A stretch of DNA of 64,000 bases from a virus: IMG/VR virus record IMGVR_UViG_3300036766_000185, positions 1-64,000 of that record, one strand, 5' to 3'. Below, piece by piece: positions 28,640 through 38,078 of the stretch. The stretch's first letter is position 1. The number at the start of each line of letters is the position of its first letter. The notes under the pieces were generated by a model. It was not told the DNA's origin and made no database searches. It worked only from the letters and a program-made list of their open reading frames with translations. Both the position numbers and the translations under genes were made by a program.

Positions 28640-29180
28640 GTTGAGTTTGTAGCGGGCCGTTACTCTTCGCGAGGTTTTACGTCTGCCCATTCCTGGGACG
28701 CTAACGTTTATCAGACAGCTTGACTCAACTCGGCCAATATCTATGTTTGATCTACTCGCCGCTTTACCCTTCCATCACAAGTAACGGAGGGAGGTCTAGC
28801 AGGTTGCGGCTTTCGATCTAACCCGCCTCAACAGGCCACTCCTGTTTGTTGGCAGCAAGGAGAGTCTTTTTCATTTCAAGTGCTCTCTACTTTGTCCCTT
28901 GCGGGGAACACCCACTCACGTTGATCGGCTTTCCGCCTATGTGAGCCTGAGATTTACAGGGTCGTCTGTGGGCTTGAAGGAGAGTCCGTAGCGCTACTCA
29001 CTTCTCCAACAGTGTCCAGCAGATTTTATCTCAGTTTCCTCGTAGAGTCTTCAAGGTAAACTACGAGTTAGTAGCGCAATGCGACTGACTACGAGTGGTC
29101 TACACTCTGATTATCATTACCGGCTAGCTAGGCCGCTCCTAGTCACCAGCCAATCGCTTATAGGTTCAGCGCAAATTGTC
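28640..29180 (-). ncRNA. Large structured non-coding RNA candidate
   Basis: About 550-nt gap with no ORF in the track, containing at least 10 consecutive stems, GNRA tetraloops and long-range complements; strand inferred from GNRA loops, G-U pairs and gene context; ends approximate. Confidence 0.75.
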
Positions 29181-29187
29181 AAACGTC

Positions 29188-29385
29188 TTAATCTGGAGTT
29201 ACTGCAACGTCCTGTAACACTCCAGCGTAATTAGCTCGAAGATCGCTTCCAGTTCTCCAGCAATCACCATCGTGCGTATGTCCGAGCACATCGGATCCAC
29301 GATCTTGCAACTGCTTAAGATTCACTGTCACCTTGCGAGCCAGAGGCTCGATCAGTTTCTTCACTGTAGGTAATCCGTTATTCAT
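29188..29385 (-). CDS. Hypothetical protein
   Basis: GGAG RBS. Confidence 0.5.
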   Translation of the reverse strand: MNNGLPTVKKLIEPLARKVTVNLKQLQDRGSDVLGHTHDGDCWRTGSDLRANYAGVLQDVAVTPD

Positions 29386-29412
29386 CTAATGTGTATCTCC
29401 CTTCAAACTATA

Positions 29413-30087
29413 TTAAGCACTAGTAACAAGCTTCCAACTCGGAGTCGCTTTGCTTCCGCCATTCACGTACAGCTTTCCAGCCGAACGATCAACGCAAATC
29501 GAGCCAACCTCTGCCGTCCCAGCCCCTACTGAACTATCGGGGACTCCAGCGTTGCTCAAAAGACAGACCTCGTGCGACATTCGAACATCAGCTTTCAAAA
29601 TAGCCAGTGCGAGATAGCTATCGTGTGCTGCGCCGTGTAGATCAACGCCAAAGTCAAATCCTGACCCTGGGCTACTGTTGTTCGACATAGCTTTGAAAGC
29701 TGCGTTAGCTTTAGTAACTCCGCTATCCCCATCAATTACTGCTACAACTGCGCCGTCCGCAGCAGTAACGGTGTCCATAATCAGACCTAGAACAGCCCCT
29801 GTCGGATAGGACGTAGCCTTAGCTCCAGTAATCGAATATGCTCCAATAAGTCCAGCTAAGTAGTTAGCATCCTTAGTCAAACTGTCACCGAGAACGTTCC
29901 CCATGACAGCAGCGAGGAATTTAGGGTCTCCGCCGTCAGCACTACCTGCATCCGCTCCTAGGCTCAAGTCGGGAGCGATAACTTGGAATGAACTAGCGTC
30001 AGAGTAATCCTCTCCAGAACCCAAGAGCGCTCCAGTAATTCTCAAGTCGCCTACCCATGTATTGTCTGGTGAATTGTTCAGACCCAT
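29413..30087 (-). CDS. Long paralogue of the capsid decoration protein
   Basis: Start MGLNNSPDNTWVG at 30087 matches MALNNSPDNHWVG of 10055..10258; similar C-terminus. Confidence 0.7.
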   Translation of the reverse strand: MGLNNSPDNTWVGDLRITGALLGSGEDYSDASSFQVIAPDLSLGADAGSADGGDPKFLAAVMGNVLGDSLTKDANYLAGLIGAYSITGAKATSYPTGAVLGLIMDTVTAADGAVVAVIDGDSGVTKANAAFKAMSNNSSPGSGFDFGVDLHGAAHDSYLALAILKADVRMSHEVCLLSNAGVPDSSVGAGTAEVGSICVDRSAGKLYVNGGSKATPSWKLVTSA

Positions 30088-30283
30088 TTTGTTTAGATCT
30101 CCTTTTCCATATCTTATAGCCCGAAAGTTTCGCCCTATCAATTAGTGATGCTTTTTATACCAAAGCACTGCCAATACTAAAGCTGCAATTAAGAGTAAAA
30201 GTTTCATATCGTCTGTCATCTCCTTTATCCGCCCTTACAGATGCACTCTACAATCTCTCTTCCACACTCTTCACATTCCTGCA

Positions 30284-30514
30284 TTAGCGTAATCTTCGCA
30301 TAGCCTGTCTATCATTTTCGTTCGCGTCAATACCAGACTTCGTTAGAACTGCTACGTGTTCGTCCCAAAGAGTTTCTTTTACGGGTCTAAAACTGACGCT
30401 CTTGTTTCGAGGTCGTTTGTGTCCGCCCTTTTTAAGGTCCTTGGATTTCTCTGGAAGTAGATCGTCTTCTTTAACGTACAGAGGTCGATGTGGCCGATCG
30501 GTGTTATTTCTCAT
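30284..30514 (-). CDS. Hypothetical basic protein
   Basis: Short ORF. Confidence 0.4.
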   Translation of the reverse strand: MRNNTDRPHRPLYVKEDDLLPEKSKDLKKGGHKRPRNKSVSFRPVKETLWDEHVAVLTKSGIDANENDRQAMRRLR

Positions 30515-30585
30515 ATTTGTGCGTCCAAATTATTCCTAGAAGGATTCCAAACCAAACTGTCAAACTCAGAATAAACAGTAAAGTC

Positions 30586-30909
30586 TTAACTTTCTCGCTC
30601 ATTTATTCGAAGTTTACCTTTGCTCTTGATCTCCCAAGGATGCGTGATAATCTTCGCGGGAGGCTTGGGAAGACTAAGCTGTCCCGTCTTCACTAGATAC
30701 TGCACATACTCATCGCTGAATATATTTGAGTAATACTGCTCTCTAGCCTTACGCTCCCACTCCAGAATCTTTGTACTTGTTCCAGTGTCGGTGCTGGTAT
30801 TATCCCAAGTAGTAGTGGTTGTGTTACCAGGCCAAAAGTTTGGACTGTAGTAGTCAGATGTTCCGCTGCTTAGCATCGCTTTATTTACCTCGTACTCCTC
30901 GAAAGTCAT
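30586..30909 (-). CDS. Hypothetical protein
   Basis: Thr-rich ORF. Confidence 0.45.
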   Translation of the reverse strand: MTFEEYEVNKAMLSSGTSDYYSPNFWPGNTTTTTWDNTSTDTGTSTKILEWERKAREQYYSNIFSDEYVQYLVKTGQLSLPKPPAKIITHPWEIKSKGKLRINERES

Positions 30910-31056
30910 AGTTTGCCCACGTAGTCAGAGTTTTGCCCAGATCGATACCCTAGTTTTTGTAGTGATCGTCTATCAAAGTTTTAATAACAAGACCCATTAC
31001 ACCGAACATCAGTCCGACCATGTAGCCTAGAACAAAGCTTTGAACATCGAACGTCA

Positions 31057-31314
31057 TTATTCACCCAATAGTTTTTTGTAGTCGTCGTCCGTTGGCTTCT
31101 TCCAGTCGTCAGTCTTGTTCTTACCCTTTTCTTTCTTCCAATCTTCTCCGCCCATTAAGTAGCTGATATCGTCTTCCATGTCCTTAATCATTTTCTGAGC
31201 TTGATTATCTAGGGCGTGAAGAACGTACAGCCCTGTGATTACGCAGCCAGTAGCGATACCACACAGATAAGTAAAGATCAGTAAAAGCGGAGTTATCCAG
31301 TCGAGTGAAGTCAT
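31057..31314 (-). CDS. Small membrane protein
   Basis: N-terminal TM segment, charged tail. Confidence 0.5.
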   Translation of the reverse strand: MTSLDWITPLLLIFTYLCGIATGCVITGLYVLHALDNQAQKMIKDMEDDISYLMGGEDWKKEKGKNKTDDWKKPTDDDYKKLLGE

Positions 31315-31529
31315 TTTGCGATCTCTTTGTTTTGAACGCTTACTGTAGGCCCAGCGAAGAATTCGGTTTCCTGCTCAACTCTACATCCATCACAGTGGTC
31401 AATTTGCACTTCTATTCCCGATCGATAGATGCGCATAGTAGTATTCGTTGACAAGCTAGCTCTCCCGCAGTTTTCACAGAAGAAGCGATGCGATGATATC
31501 GAGTATGTCTGAACTACTTTATCTTTCAT
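31311..31529 (-). CDS. Small Zn-ribbon protein
   Basis: CENC...CDGC. Confidence 0.45.
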   Translation of the reverse strand: MKDKVVQTYSISSHRFFCENCGRASLSTNTTMRIYRSGIEVQIDHCDGCRVEQETEFFAGPTVSVQNKEIAK

Positions 31530-31608
31530 TTGGGGTCATCGCAGTTCATTAGAAACGCAACAATCAGCAACCAGACTCCGATGCCTACGGACATCCAATC
31601 AATCTGAT

Positions 31609-32391
31609 TCATTTTCTAATCGTCCACATGTCTCTTGCAAGATTTGGATTGCTAATGTACGCGTAGGGCATTGTGAAGTAGCCCTTTTGTCCCCAACCCG
31701 TTCCCCACGAGTTGCGTACTAACACTCTCTGCGCTGCGTCGTCATACCCAACTGCCAGCACTGCATGGCCGCCTACTGCCTGCTCATTGATGCTTGGAAG
31801 CTGAGCTATCCCTGTTTGTGCTACTTCTGACGACTCGAAACTTTCGTAGACTGTGAACCCGAACGCAAACGGAAATCCCTGCGCTAAACAATCTCTCATA
31901 TCATTTAAAGAAAGAAGTCGATGATAAGACGTGATTCTATGTACTAATGCATCTCGATAACTCTGTATTGAGGGCTTGACTGTAAACTTACAAATGTCGT
32001 ACGCCCACTCTCTCTCAGAACACGTTCCCCATCTCGCTAGCGCTTTAATTCCGTCTCTCAACTGCGCACCTGCGTCGTGATCTACTGTCTGCTCAATCAC
32101 TCTCTCGTTATAATAAACGAACAGTCTGCTCAAATCCATGAAGACTTCAGGATTAAATGCTAGATCGGTCGTGTTCTCTAAGTATTCGAGGGCTCCTACT
32201 AGCGCGTTGGCTGTGCAGGAACCAAGCTCTCCCTGATTCTCGACTGGCGAGCACCTATCTCTTATATCAACTTTCGTTGGGAGTACGATAAGCTGCTGAG
32301 TTCTAATGATATGGCAAAACAGTTGATCTCTGTGATCTGGTAGATCGGGATGCCATCCGTACTTCTGCATACTCATTTTTTCTTGTACCAA
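31609..32391 (-). CDS. Papain-like C1 family cysteine peptidase
   Basis: NQGELGSCTANA, GGHAVLAVGY, RNSWG catalytic motifs. Confidence 0.95.
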   Translation of the reverse strand: MVQEKMSMQKYGWHPDLPDHRDQLFCHIIRTQQLIVLPTKVDIRDRCSPVENQGELGSCTANALVGALEYLENTTDLAFNPEVFMDLSRLFVYYNERVIEQTVDHDAGAQLRDGIKALARWGTCSEREWAYDICKFTVKPSIQSYRDALVHRITSYHRLLSLNDMRDCLAQGFPFAFGFTVYESFESSEVAQTGIAQLPSINEQAVGGHAVLAVGYDDAAQRVLVRNSWGTGWGQKGYFTMPYAYISNPNLARDMWTIRK

Positions 32392-34151
32392 GGAGGCGGG
32401 CTTTCCCCGTATCGAATCAACTTCTCAGCTTCATACTTAACAGGCTGTCTCATTGGATCCGTGGGAGGCTGAAAACTTCCAGACCAGAACTTGAATTCTG
32501 ACTTTCCATGCTCGATGCAGAGTCTTACGCATCCTGCGACTGCATCAGCAACGTCCTTTGATCCTTTATTGATGTTGTCCTCGTAAAGCGCTCGATCGGG
32601 CGATACTACAGGGTGATCAACCTTCTTTCCGTCTATCAACTGTAGTTCACAAAGCTCTCGTACTAACGTCTTATGAAAGTAACACTCAAAGATTCCTTCG
32701 TTAATTGTTCTCTTGAGGGTGTCGTACGCTTTCAGATCCTTATCTACAGACTGCTCCTGCGCGTTAACTCCTGCACGTCTTAACTGTTGAATTGAGTCAA
32801 TTGACTGCCACCCATCATAGGTGACCATTTGTATTGGGAATTTCTCAATTCTTCTAAGACGCTCGATAAAGGCTCTCACCTCTTCGAACATAATCTCACC
32901 GCCAGGAGGAGCTTTTAGCTGCAAAACTAAGTCAATGATTGCGCCGACTTTCTTAATACCCTGCTGCAATCTAATTGCTTCTTCTGTCAACCCTGTTTCT
33001 TGAGAAAGAGCTTTAATGAAGTCATCTGGCATCTTCACCATCATGCCGCGCTTGAAGTGCCCTAAGGCGAGTCCACACGCGTCGTTACCCTTACCACCCT
33101 TGGCAAGATCTACGTGCATGTAGTATGAAGCTGCTATTTCTGGCTTGAAAAAATCTTTAAATGCGAGTGTTCTAAGATCTATAACGTTCGTTTTATCTTC
33201 TATAACGGGATTTATCCGATTACTAGAATTAATAACCTGTGAAATTCTTGTTCTATAGGGAAAGTATCCACCCTCGGAGGTATCTCCTTTACACTCGTAA
33301 ATACGTTCAGCGGTCTGCGCGTCTGCTATGTAATCACTTACGAAGTCCTCTTTAGTTCTTCGCGGATTCACATCCCAGGTGGCGTAGGGTCCGCTTCTGA
33401 AAGTAGACGGCTCAAACTCAGCCTGCTTAAACCGCGTTATCATAAAGTCTGTGTCGGCTCTTTTATACGACAACAGAAGGATTTTCATATGTTTCGGAAA
33501 GCGGGAGCGAGCCGTAGTCTTTAATGCGTCATACAAATCTTTGGCCTTTGTAACTTCAAATCCTGCGATTTCATCGTAAATGATTAGCAGAAGATTCAAC
33601 CCTTCACCTGTGTACTCTTTACTATCTAATGAATAAGCCGTTATGTTCTTGGGGAACTCAATGTCGCGCTTGTGTATGTCTTTCTTCGAGTTAAGTCCTC
33701 TTTCGTAGAACCAATTCTTTTTCGTTTTAGGATTGATCGTTTTCTTGACTAAATTAACAAAGTATTTGAAGAATACTGCCTTGGCTAGCTTAGCGTTAAT
33801 ACACACGTTGCCCACTTCAATTTTATCACCTGTTCCGCCCAGTCCAAGCATCTTGTAAGGATCTTTCATGCACAGCAGCTTATACACTACATACAACATA
33901 ATCTTTGCTGCTGTCTTATCTTTCCCTGAACCCTTTCCCCAGAGAGCGATTCCCTCCTGAAACTTATCATCCCAGACGAGAGGATCCTCACCAATACACG
34001 CATCGACGAATTCCTGCTGTTTTGGAAACAGCGGCTCATCTATGAACTTGTCAAAGAACTCTCGTGGACTTACTGGAATCTCTTCCCAGTCGCCCACTGA
34101 CTCTGGCGAAGCGGAAAGGCTATCACTATAATTAAGCTTTACTAGCTTCAT
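32373..34151 (-). CDS. terL: Terminase large subunit
   Basis: Walker A GKGSGKD, Walker B IIYDEIAG, nuclease HVDLA...YDGWQS...KDVADA. Confidence 0.9.
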   Translation of the reverse strand: MKLVKLNYSDSLSASPESVGDWEEIPVSPREFFDKFIDEPLFPKQQEFVDACIGEDPLVWDDKFQEGIALWGKGSGKDKTAAKIMLYVVYKLLCMKDPYKMLGLGGTGDKIEVGNVCINAKLAKAVFFKYFVNLVKKTINPKTKKNWFYERGLNSKKDIHKRDIEFPKNITAYSLDSKEYTGEGLNLLLIIYDEIAGFEVTKAKDLYDALKTTARSRFPKHMKILLLSYKRADTDFMITRFKQAEFEPSTFRSGPYATWDVNPRRTKEDFVSDYIADAQTAERIYECKGDTSEGGYFPYRTRISQVINSSNRINPVIEDKTNVIDLRTLAFKDFFKPEIAASYYMHVDLAKGGKGNDACGLALGHFKRGMMVKMPDDFIKALSQETGLTEEAIRLQQGIKKVGAIIDLVLQLKAPPGGEIMFEEVRAFIERLRRIEKFPIQMVTYDGWQSIDSIQQLRRAGVNAQEQSVDKDLKAYDTLKRTINEGIFECYFHKTLVRELCELQLIDGKKVDHPVVSPDRALYEDNINKGSKDVADAVAGCVRLCIEHGKSEFKFWSGSFQPPTDPMRQPVKYEAEKLIRYGESPPPWYKKK

Positions 34152-34701
34152 CTTTTGCGACTAAGGAGTCGAGCCAGTCTGCGAAGTCATGCTCAACCGC
34201 CAGTCGTGCGTTAGCGTCCACCACGTGTTTCTCAAACAACTCTCTCAGCTTTTCCCAGACCATTCCTGTATTTAAAATTTGATGAAGCTTGATTTCTATA
34301 TTTACTCTAGTCAGAATGAGCGAGGCTTTAGTCTCTTTGAGCTTTCTTATATCTTCGACTGCTCCCAAAGGGTCCATCGCTTCTATCATATCTATTAGAG
34401 CGCCCAACTTAATAATTTCGTCATCTAATTCAGTGATATTTCTTCGATTCTTAGCTAGATCTGCTGATCTCTCTTCTAACTCCCTGGCCATAGCCCATCG
34501 AATATCGTCGGGGATCATCGAAGCTTTTCGATAAGCTGCCCTACGTCCTGTGATATCATGAAGCGCACATCTACGCTTCTCTTCTACTGGCTTGTCGCAG
34601 TATTTCTCTTCTTGATTTATCCAGACGCGAGCGTTACACGTCTCAGTCGCTTCTTTGGGAGGACTTATAAACTCTCGATATGCTGAGACAGGAAGAGTCA
34701 T
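34132..34701 (-). CDS. Probable terminase small subunit
   Basis: Immediately upstream of terL; N-terminal C..C..C..H motif followed by helical region. Confidence 0.6.
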   Translation of the reverse strand: MTLPVSAYREFISPPKEATETCNARVWINQEEKYCDKPVEEKRRCALHDITGRRAAYRKASMIPDDIRWAMARELEERSADLAKNRRNITELDDEIIKLGALIDMIEAMDPLGAVEDIRKLKETKASLILTRVNIEIKLHQILNTGMVWEKLRELFEKHVVDANARLAVEHDFADWLDSLVAKDEASKA

Positions 34702-34821
34702 TATCGTTTCGTCTTCCTCTTAATCAGTTTTCTTAACTTTCGAATCTGTTTATCCCACTTATTTATAATACTTGTTAGCGTTACTTCCCTGCCATTCTTC
34801 CACTTAGGTCGGGTGTACATT

Positions 34822-35115
34822 TTATATTCTAATCCCTTCAGCATCCGCCGTCTGTCTGACTGTTTCCATCGTGTAACTTAACCCAAGTCGAAAGATCACT
34901 TCCACCCACTTCTGATCTGAGATTTTATCTCCAGCGAAGATCTTGGAGACTTCATAGTTGATCGCTGGCTGCCCTTGAAGCTGAAGATCGAGAATGATTT
35001 TTACTAATTCCCCGTCTCGACCAAAAGGCGAGGACTGTATTCTATTGACTATTTGGTTTACTTTATTCTGCACTTCAATTCGATCAGCTTCTTGCATGAT
35101 ATCACCTAGGAACAT
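34822..35115 (-). CDS. Hypothetical protein
   Basis: ORF in operon. Confidence 0.5.
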   Translation of the reverse strand: MFLGDIMQEADRIEVQNKVNQIVNRIQSSPFGRDGELVKIILDLQLQGQPAINYEVSKIFAGDKISDQKWVEVIFRLGLSYTMETVRQTADAEGIRI

Positions 35116-35135
35116 TCTCTCACAAATATGCGGGC

Positions 35136-35639
35136 TTACAACTCTTCTGACTGATGCTGCTGAACACTTTCCTTCGCTAGCTCTGCAACACGCTTTCTGA
35201 TGTATAGCTTGAGCTTCTTCTTAGCGGATTTCAGATATTTGGCGATCATCTGCTGCGATATTTTATCGCGCTTTCCAACCCACTCAGGAACATCTCCAAT
35301 AGCTTCTTTAGCTATTACCGCTTGTGTTTGAGATTCCGTCCCATACAACCCGTAGTATCTTCGTAGCACAGATTGCTCTACTGAGTTGAGAGTTGGTATC
35401 GCTTCTGCTAGCGCCTTGAGATATATCTGCATCTTTGGACTAAGCGGCATCTTCATATAATCTTCAGGAAGCCCTATCCACGCGGCTACCAACTCTAACT
35501 TAGCAGGATTCATTAGAGTTTCCCAGCGTGGACGCTTCCAGGGCTTGCCGCCCATTGTCTCATCGAGGTATTTGTCCCAAGCTTTTTGTAACTGTTTGGG
35601 CGGGAGGCTATCTGAGGGTCTTTTAGGAGGGGTCTTCAT
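35136..35639 (-). CDS. Sigma-70 region-4-like HTH protein
   Basis: LNSVEQSVLRRYYGL...TQAVIAKE...ISQQMIAKYLKSAKKKLK. Confidence 0.7.
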   Translation of the reverse strand: MKTPPKRPSDSLPPKQLQKAWDKYLDETMGGKPWKRPRWETLMNPAKLELVAAWIGLPEDYMKMPLSPKMQIYLKALAEAIPTLNSVEQSVLRRYYGLYGTESQTQAVIAKEAIGDVPEWVGKRDKISQQMIAKYLKSAKKKLKLYIRKRVAELAKESVQQHQSEEL

Positions 35640-35680
35640 CGTGCTCTTTCACTAACCAGTAACTATCTACTAGTTTGATT

Positions 35681-37069
35681 TCACATATCTTCGTCGTCTA
35701 GAAAGTCATGGAAACTACGAAGCCCCCGCTTTCCTGCATCGGAAGCTGCGCCGAATCCAGCAGGTGTTATCTTCTTCGCTGCCACTAGCTCAAGGTTGTT
35801 TATAAAATGCTTGCTTTTAAGAATGATCTTGTAGTTCTTATCAAGCGATTTCTCTTCTACTGCGGTCAGCACGGCTGAGTTCACCAATTCTTTGATATGT
35901 GCTCCGGTCATACCATCGGTCTTTTCACCAAGAGTCTTCATAAATTCGGCTTTCTTCTCTCCTGCTAGCCCAGCGAATAAGAAGTCTTTAGTGTACATAT
36001 CTAGCATTTTCATTCGGCATTCTGCATCTGGAATCGGAACTTCGAGCACTCGATCGAATCTGCCTGGGCGATTTCTGATGGCAGTTTCAACCTCTTCAAC
36101 CCGATTGGTAGTGGCGATTGTTACAACAAACTCGTTGCTAACAATCCCGTCGAGTTGGTTCATCAGTTCTCCTAAAACCTCGCCACGCGCTCGTTCTCGA
36201 TGAGCACCATAGAGATCAATGTCCTCTAGAAACAGCACAGTGGGAGCCAATTCTCTGGCCATTTCACAAATTGCCTTCACGGCTCTAGCGCCCGCCTCAA
36301 TGTGACCAGGAGTAACCCAAATAAAAGTAACGTCCTTGAGATTACTGCACAAGATCTTTCCAGTAAGAGTTTTTCCAGTCCCAGGCGGTCCTGCGAGAAT
36401 TAGCCCCCGTTTAAAGCTTATGTTATTTTTCTCGTAGACCACGACGCTTTCTAACAACAGATTGACATTCTTAACAATTTCCTGTTTAATGTTGGTCGGT
36501 AGAGCGATATCATCCCAGGTGTATGCTCTTTCTAGCTTTATGTGCGTCAGTTCTGGGGTAATTTTCTTCCCTCTGAATATGTTATGAACTTGAACATACT
36601 CTTTGAGATCAGCTTGAAACTTCAAAGCTTTTGCTTTGTCCTCTGACAGATAGTACATTCGATATTTTGACATTTCTGGAGTCCAATTAGCCCACTCTAC
36701 GGCAAGCTTCATATCGGGGCTTGATAGAAAGAGAATACCGTCATTTGGACCTTGCACAAAAACTTCTGGATCTGTTTCTACCTCTTGATATTCGAAAGGA
36801 TACTGATAGTCACCTTCTATATTAATAGCTTGCACGATCTTATATTTAGTCTTATTCAGATACTGCATAAATAGGGCTGATCGAATTGCGTGTTGAATCG
36901 CAGAAAGATTCTCGGTGGTGTTACTAATTTGAGATAAATCTGCCTCAAAGAAGTCAGACAATAACTCAGACTTTAATCCTTGTTGTCTTTTAAATTTCTT
37001 TCCTAGCTTAATAACATCACCGAAGGTGATTTCGGAAATTTTCTTGTCTAGCGGGAGCTTATCTTCCAT
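35681..37069 (-). CDS. AAA+ ATPase (classical AAA clade)
   Basis: GPPGTGKT, LFLEDID, TTNR, RPGRFDR. Confidence 0.95.
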   Translation of the reverse strand: MEDKLPLDKKISEITFGDVIKLGKKFKRQQGLKSELLSDFFEADLSQISNTTENLSAIQHAIRSALFMQYLNKTKYKIVQAINIEGDYQYPFEYQEVETDPEVFVQGPNDGILFLSSPDMKLAVEWANWTPEMSKYRMYYLSEDKAKALKFQADLKEYVQVHNIFRGKKITPELTHIKLERAYTWDDIALPTNIKQEIVKNVNLLLESVVVYEKNNISFKRGLILAGPPGTGKTLTGKILCSNLKDVTFIWVTPGHIEAGARAVKAICEMARELAPTVLFLEDIDLYGAHRERARGEVLGELMNQLDGIVSNEFVVTIATTNRVEEVETAIRNRPGRFDRVLEVPIPDAECRMKMLDMYTKDFLFAGLAGEKKAEFMKTLGEKTDGMTGAHIKELVNSAVLTAVEEKSLDKNYKIILKSKHFINNLELVAAKKITPAGFGAASDAGKRGLRSFHDFLDDEDM

Positions 37070-37487
37070 GTCTCGATCTCCATTTATTTTTCATTTTAGA
37101 CAGAACTATAAGAGTCCCAAGAATCAATAACACACAAGAAATTGCTGGCATCATCAATCCGTGCCCAACAGTTAGTCCTACGATGGCCACTCCCCAGAGG
37201 CTCGCCGCGGTTGTTAGCCCTTTCACCGAGGCTCTATTTCGCATAATCGTACCAGCACCAAGGAAGCCTATGCCACTCACCACCTGTGCAGAAATTCTGC
37301 TAACATCCGCCCCAGAATAAATACTGTGCAAGTGAACATCAACGATAGCAGCCAAACAAGCACCAAGACCAACAAGGATGTGTGTTCTAAGCCCAGCGCC
37401 ACGTCGTTGCAATTCTCGCTCATAGCCTATTAGGGCCGACAGAATCAACGACAAACTCAGTTTCTCTATCGGTAGAAGATCAATCAT
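37059..37487 (-). CDS. mgtC: MgtC/SapB family membrane protein
   Basis: IGYERE...AGLRTH...RISAQVVSGIGFLGAGTI...GLTTAASLW. Confidence 0.95.
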   Translation of the reverse strand: MIDLLPIEKLSLSLILSALIGYERELQRRGAGLRTHILVGLGACLAAIVDVHLHSIYSGADVSRISAQVVSGIGFLGAGTIMRNRASVKGLTTAASLWGVAIVGLTVGHGLMMPAISCVLLILGTLIVLSKMKNKWRSRHGR

Positions 37488-37655
37488 TGGGAATTTCGCC
37501 TGTATCCTCGTAATCCTCTAAGGCTTCATCCTGAAGTCTTCTCTTGTTATATTCGTTCAGGTCTGGATCCTTATCGAGCACGATCTTCTCTGTGGGTTTT
37601 CGAGTCCACGTTTTTCTAATTTTAATTCTATCAGACTTTTTCTTTTCCATCAGAC

Positions 37656-37868
37656 TTACTTCTTTTTATCGCCCTTCAAATAATCTAGCTGATCCTTAGT
37701 TAATTTTTCTGAACCCTCGAAAACTCGATGCAATTCTGCAACAACTCCTTTTAAATTGGAGCAGTAATGTGAGCTTTTTGTTGCGCGATTTGTATCAGAG
37801 AATAACGCGAAGCCATTGTCAAGACGTACAATTTGTACAATCTCATCCTTAGATGTTAATTCAGACAT
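37656..37868 (-). CDS. Hypothetical protein
   Basis: Short ORF in operon. Confidence 0.45.
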   Translation of the reverse strand: MSELTSKDEIVQIVRLDNGFALFSDTNRATKSSHYCSNLKGVVAELHRVFEGSEKLTKDQLDYLKGDKKK

Positions 37869-37874
37869 TTGTGT

Positions 37875-38078
37875 TTACTCCCATTTTCCATGAGTGAGCA
37901 GATTTCTTAGTCTCAACATTGGAAGCGCAGCATATAAATACACCGCCTGAAGCCAGTGTCTACGTTTAATGTTGAGAGCCTTGTCAAGTAAAAAGTCCCC
38001 AGCCCAACCTATTCTAAATCCCAGCTTCTGTCGATAAGTCAAGCTAGTCCAGACTTGACTTCCTACTAGATTTCTCAT
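37875..38078 (-). CDS. Hypothetical protein
   Basis: ATGA-coupled short ORF. Confidence 0.45.
   Translation of the reverse strand: MRNLVGSQVWTSLTYRQKLGFRIGWAGDFLLDKALNIKRRHWLQAVYLYAALPMLRLRNLLTHGKWE

Noticed and set aside
28640-29180. Group I/II intron, tmRNA or RNase P identity for the structured region
   Set aside because: No interrupted gene flanks it, and I could not find tRNA-like ends, group II domain V or the RNase P P4 consensus. Left as an unassigned RNA.
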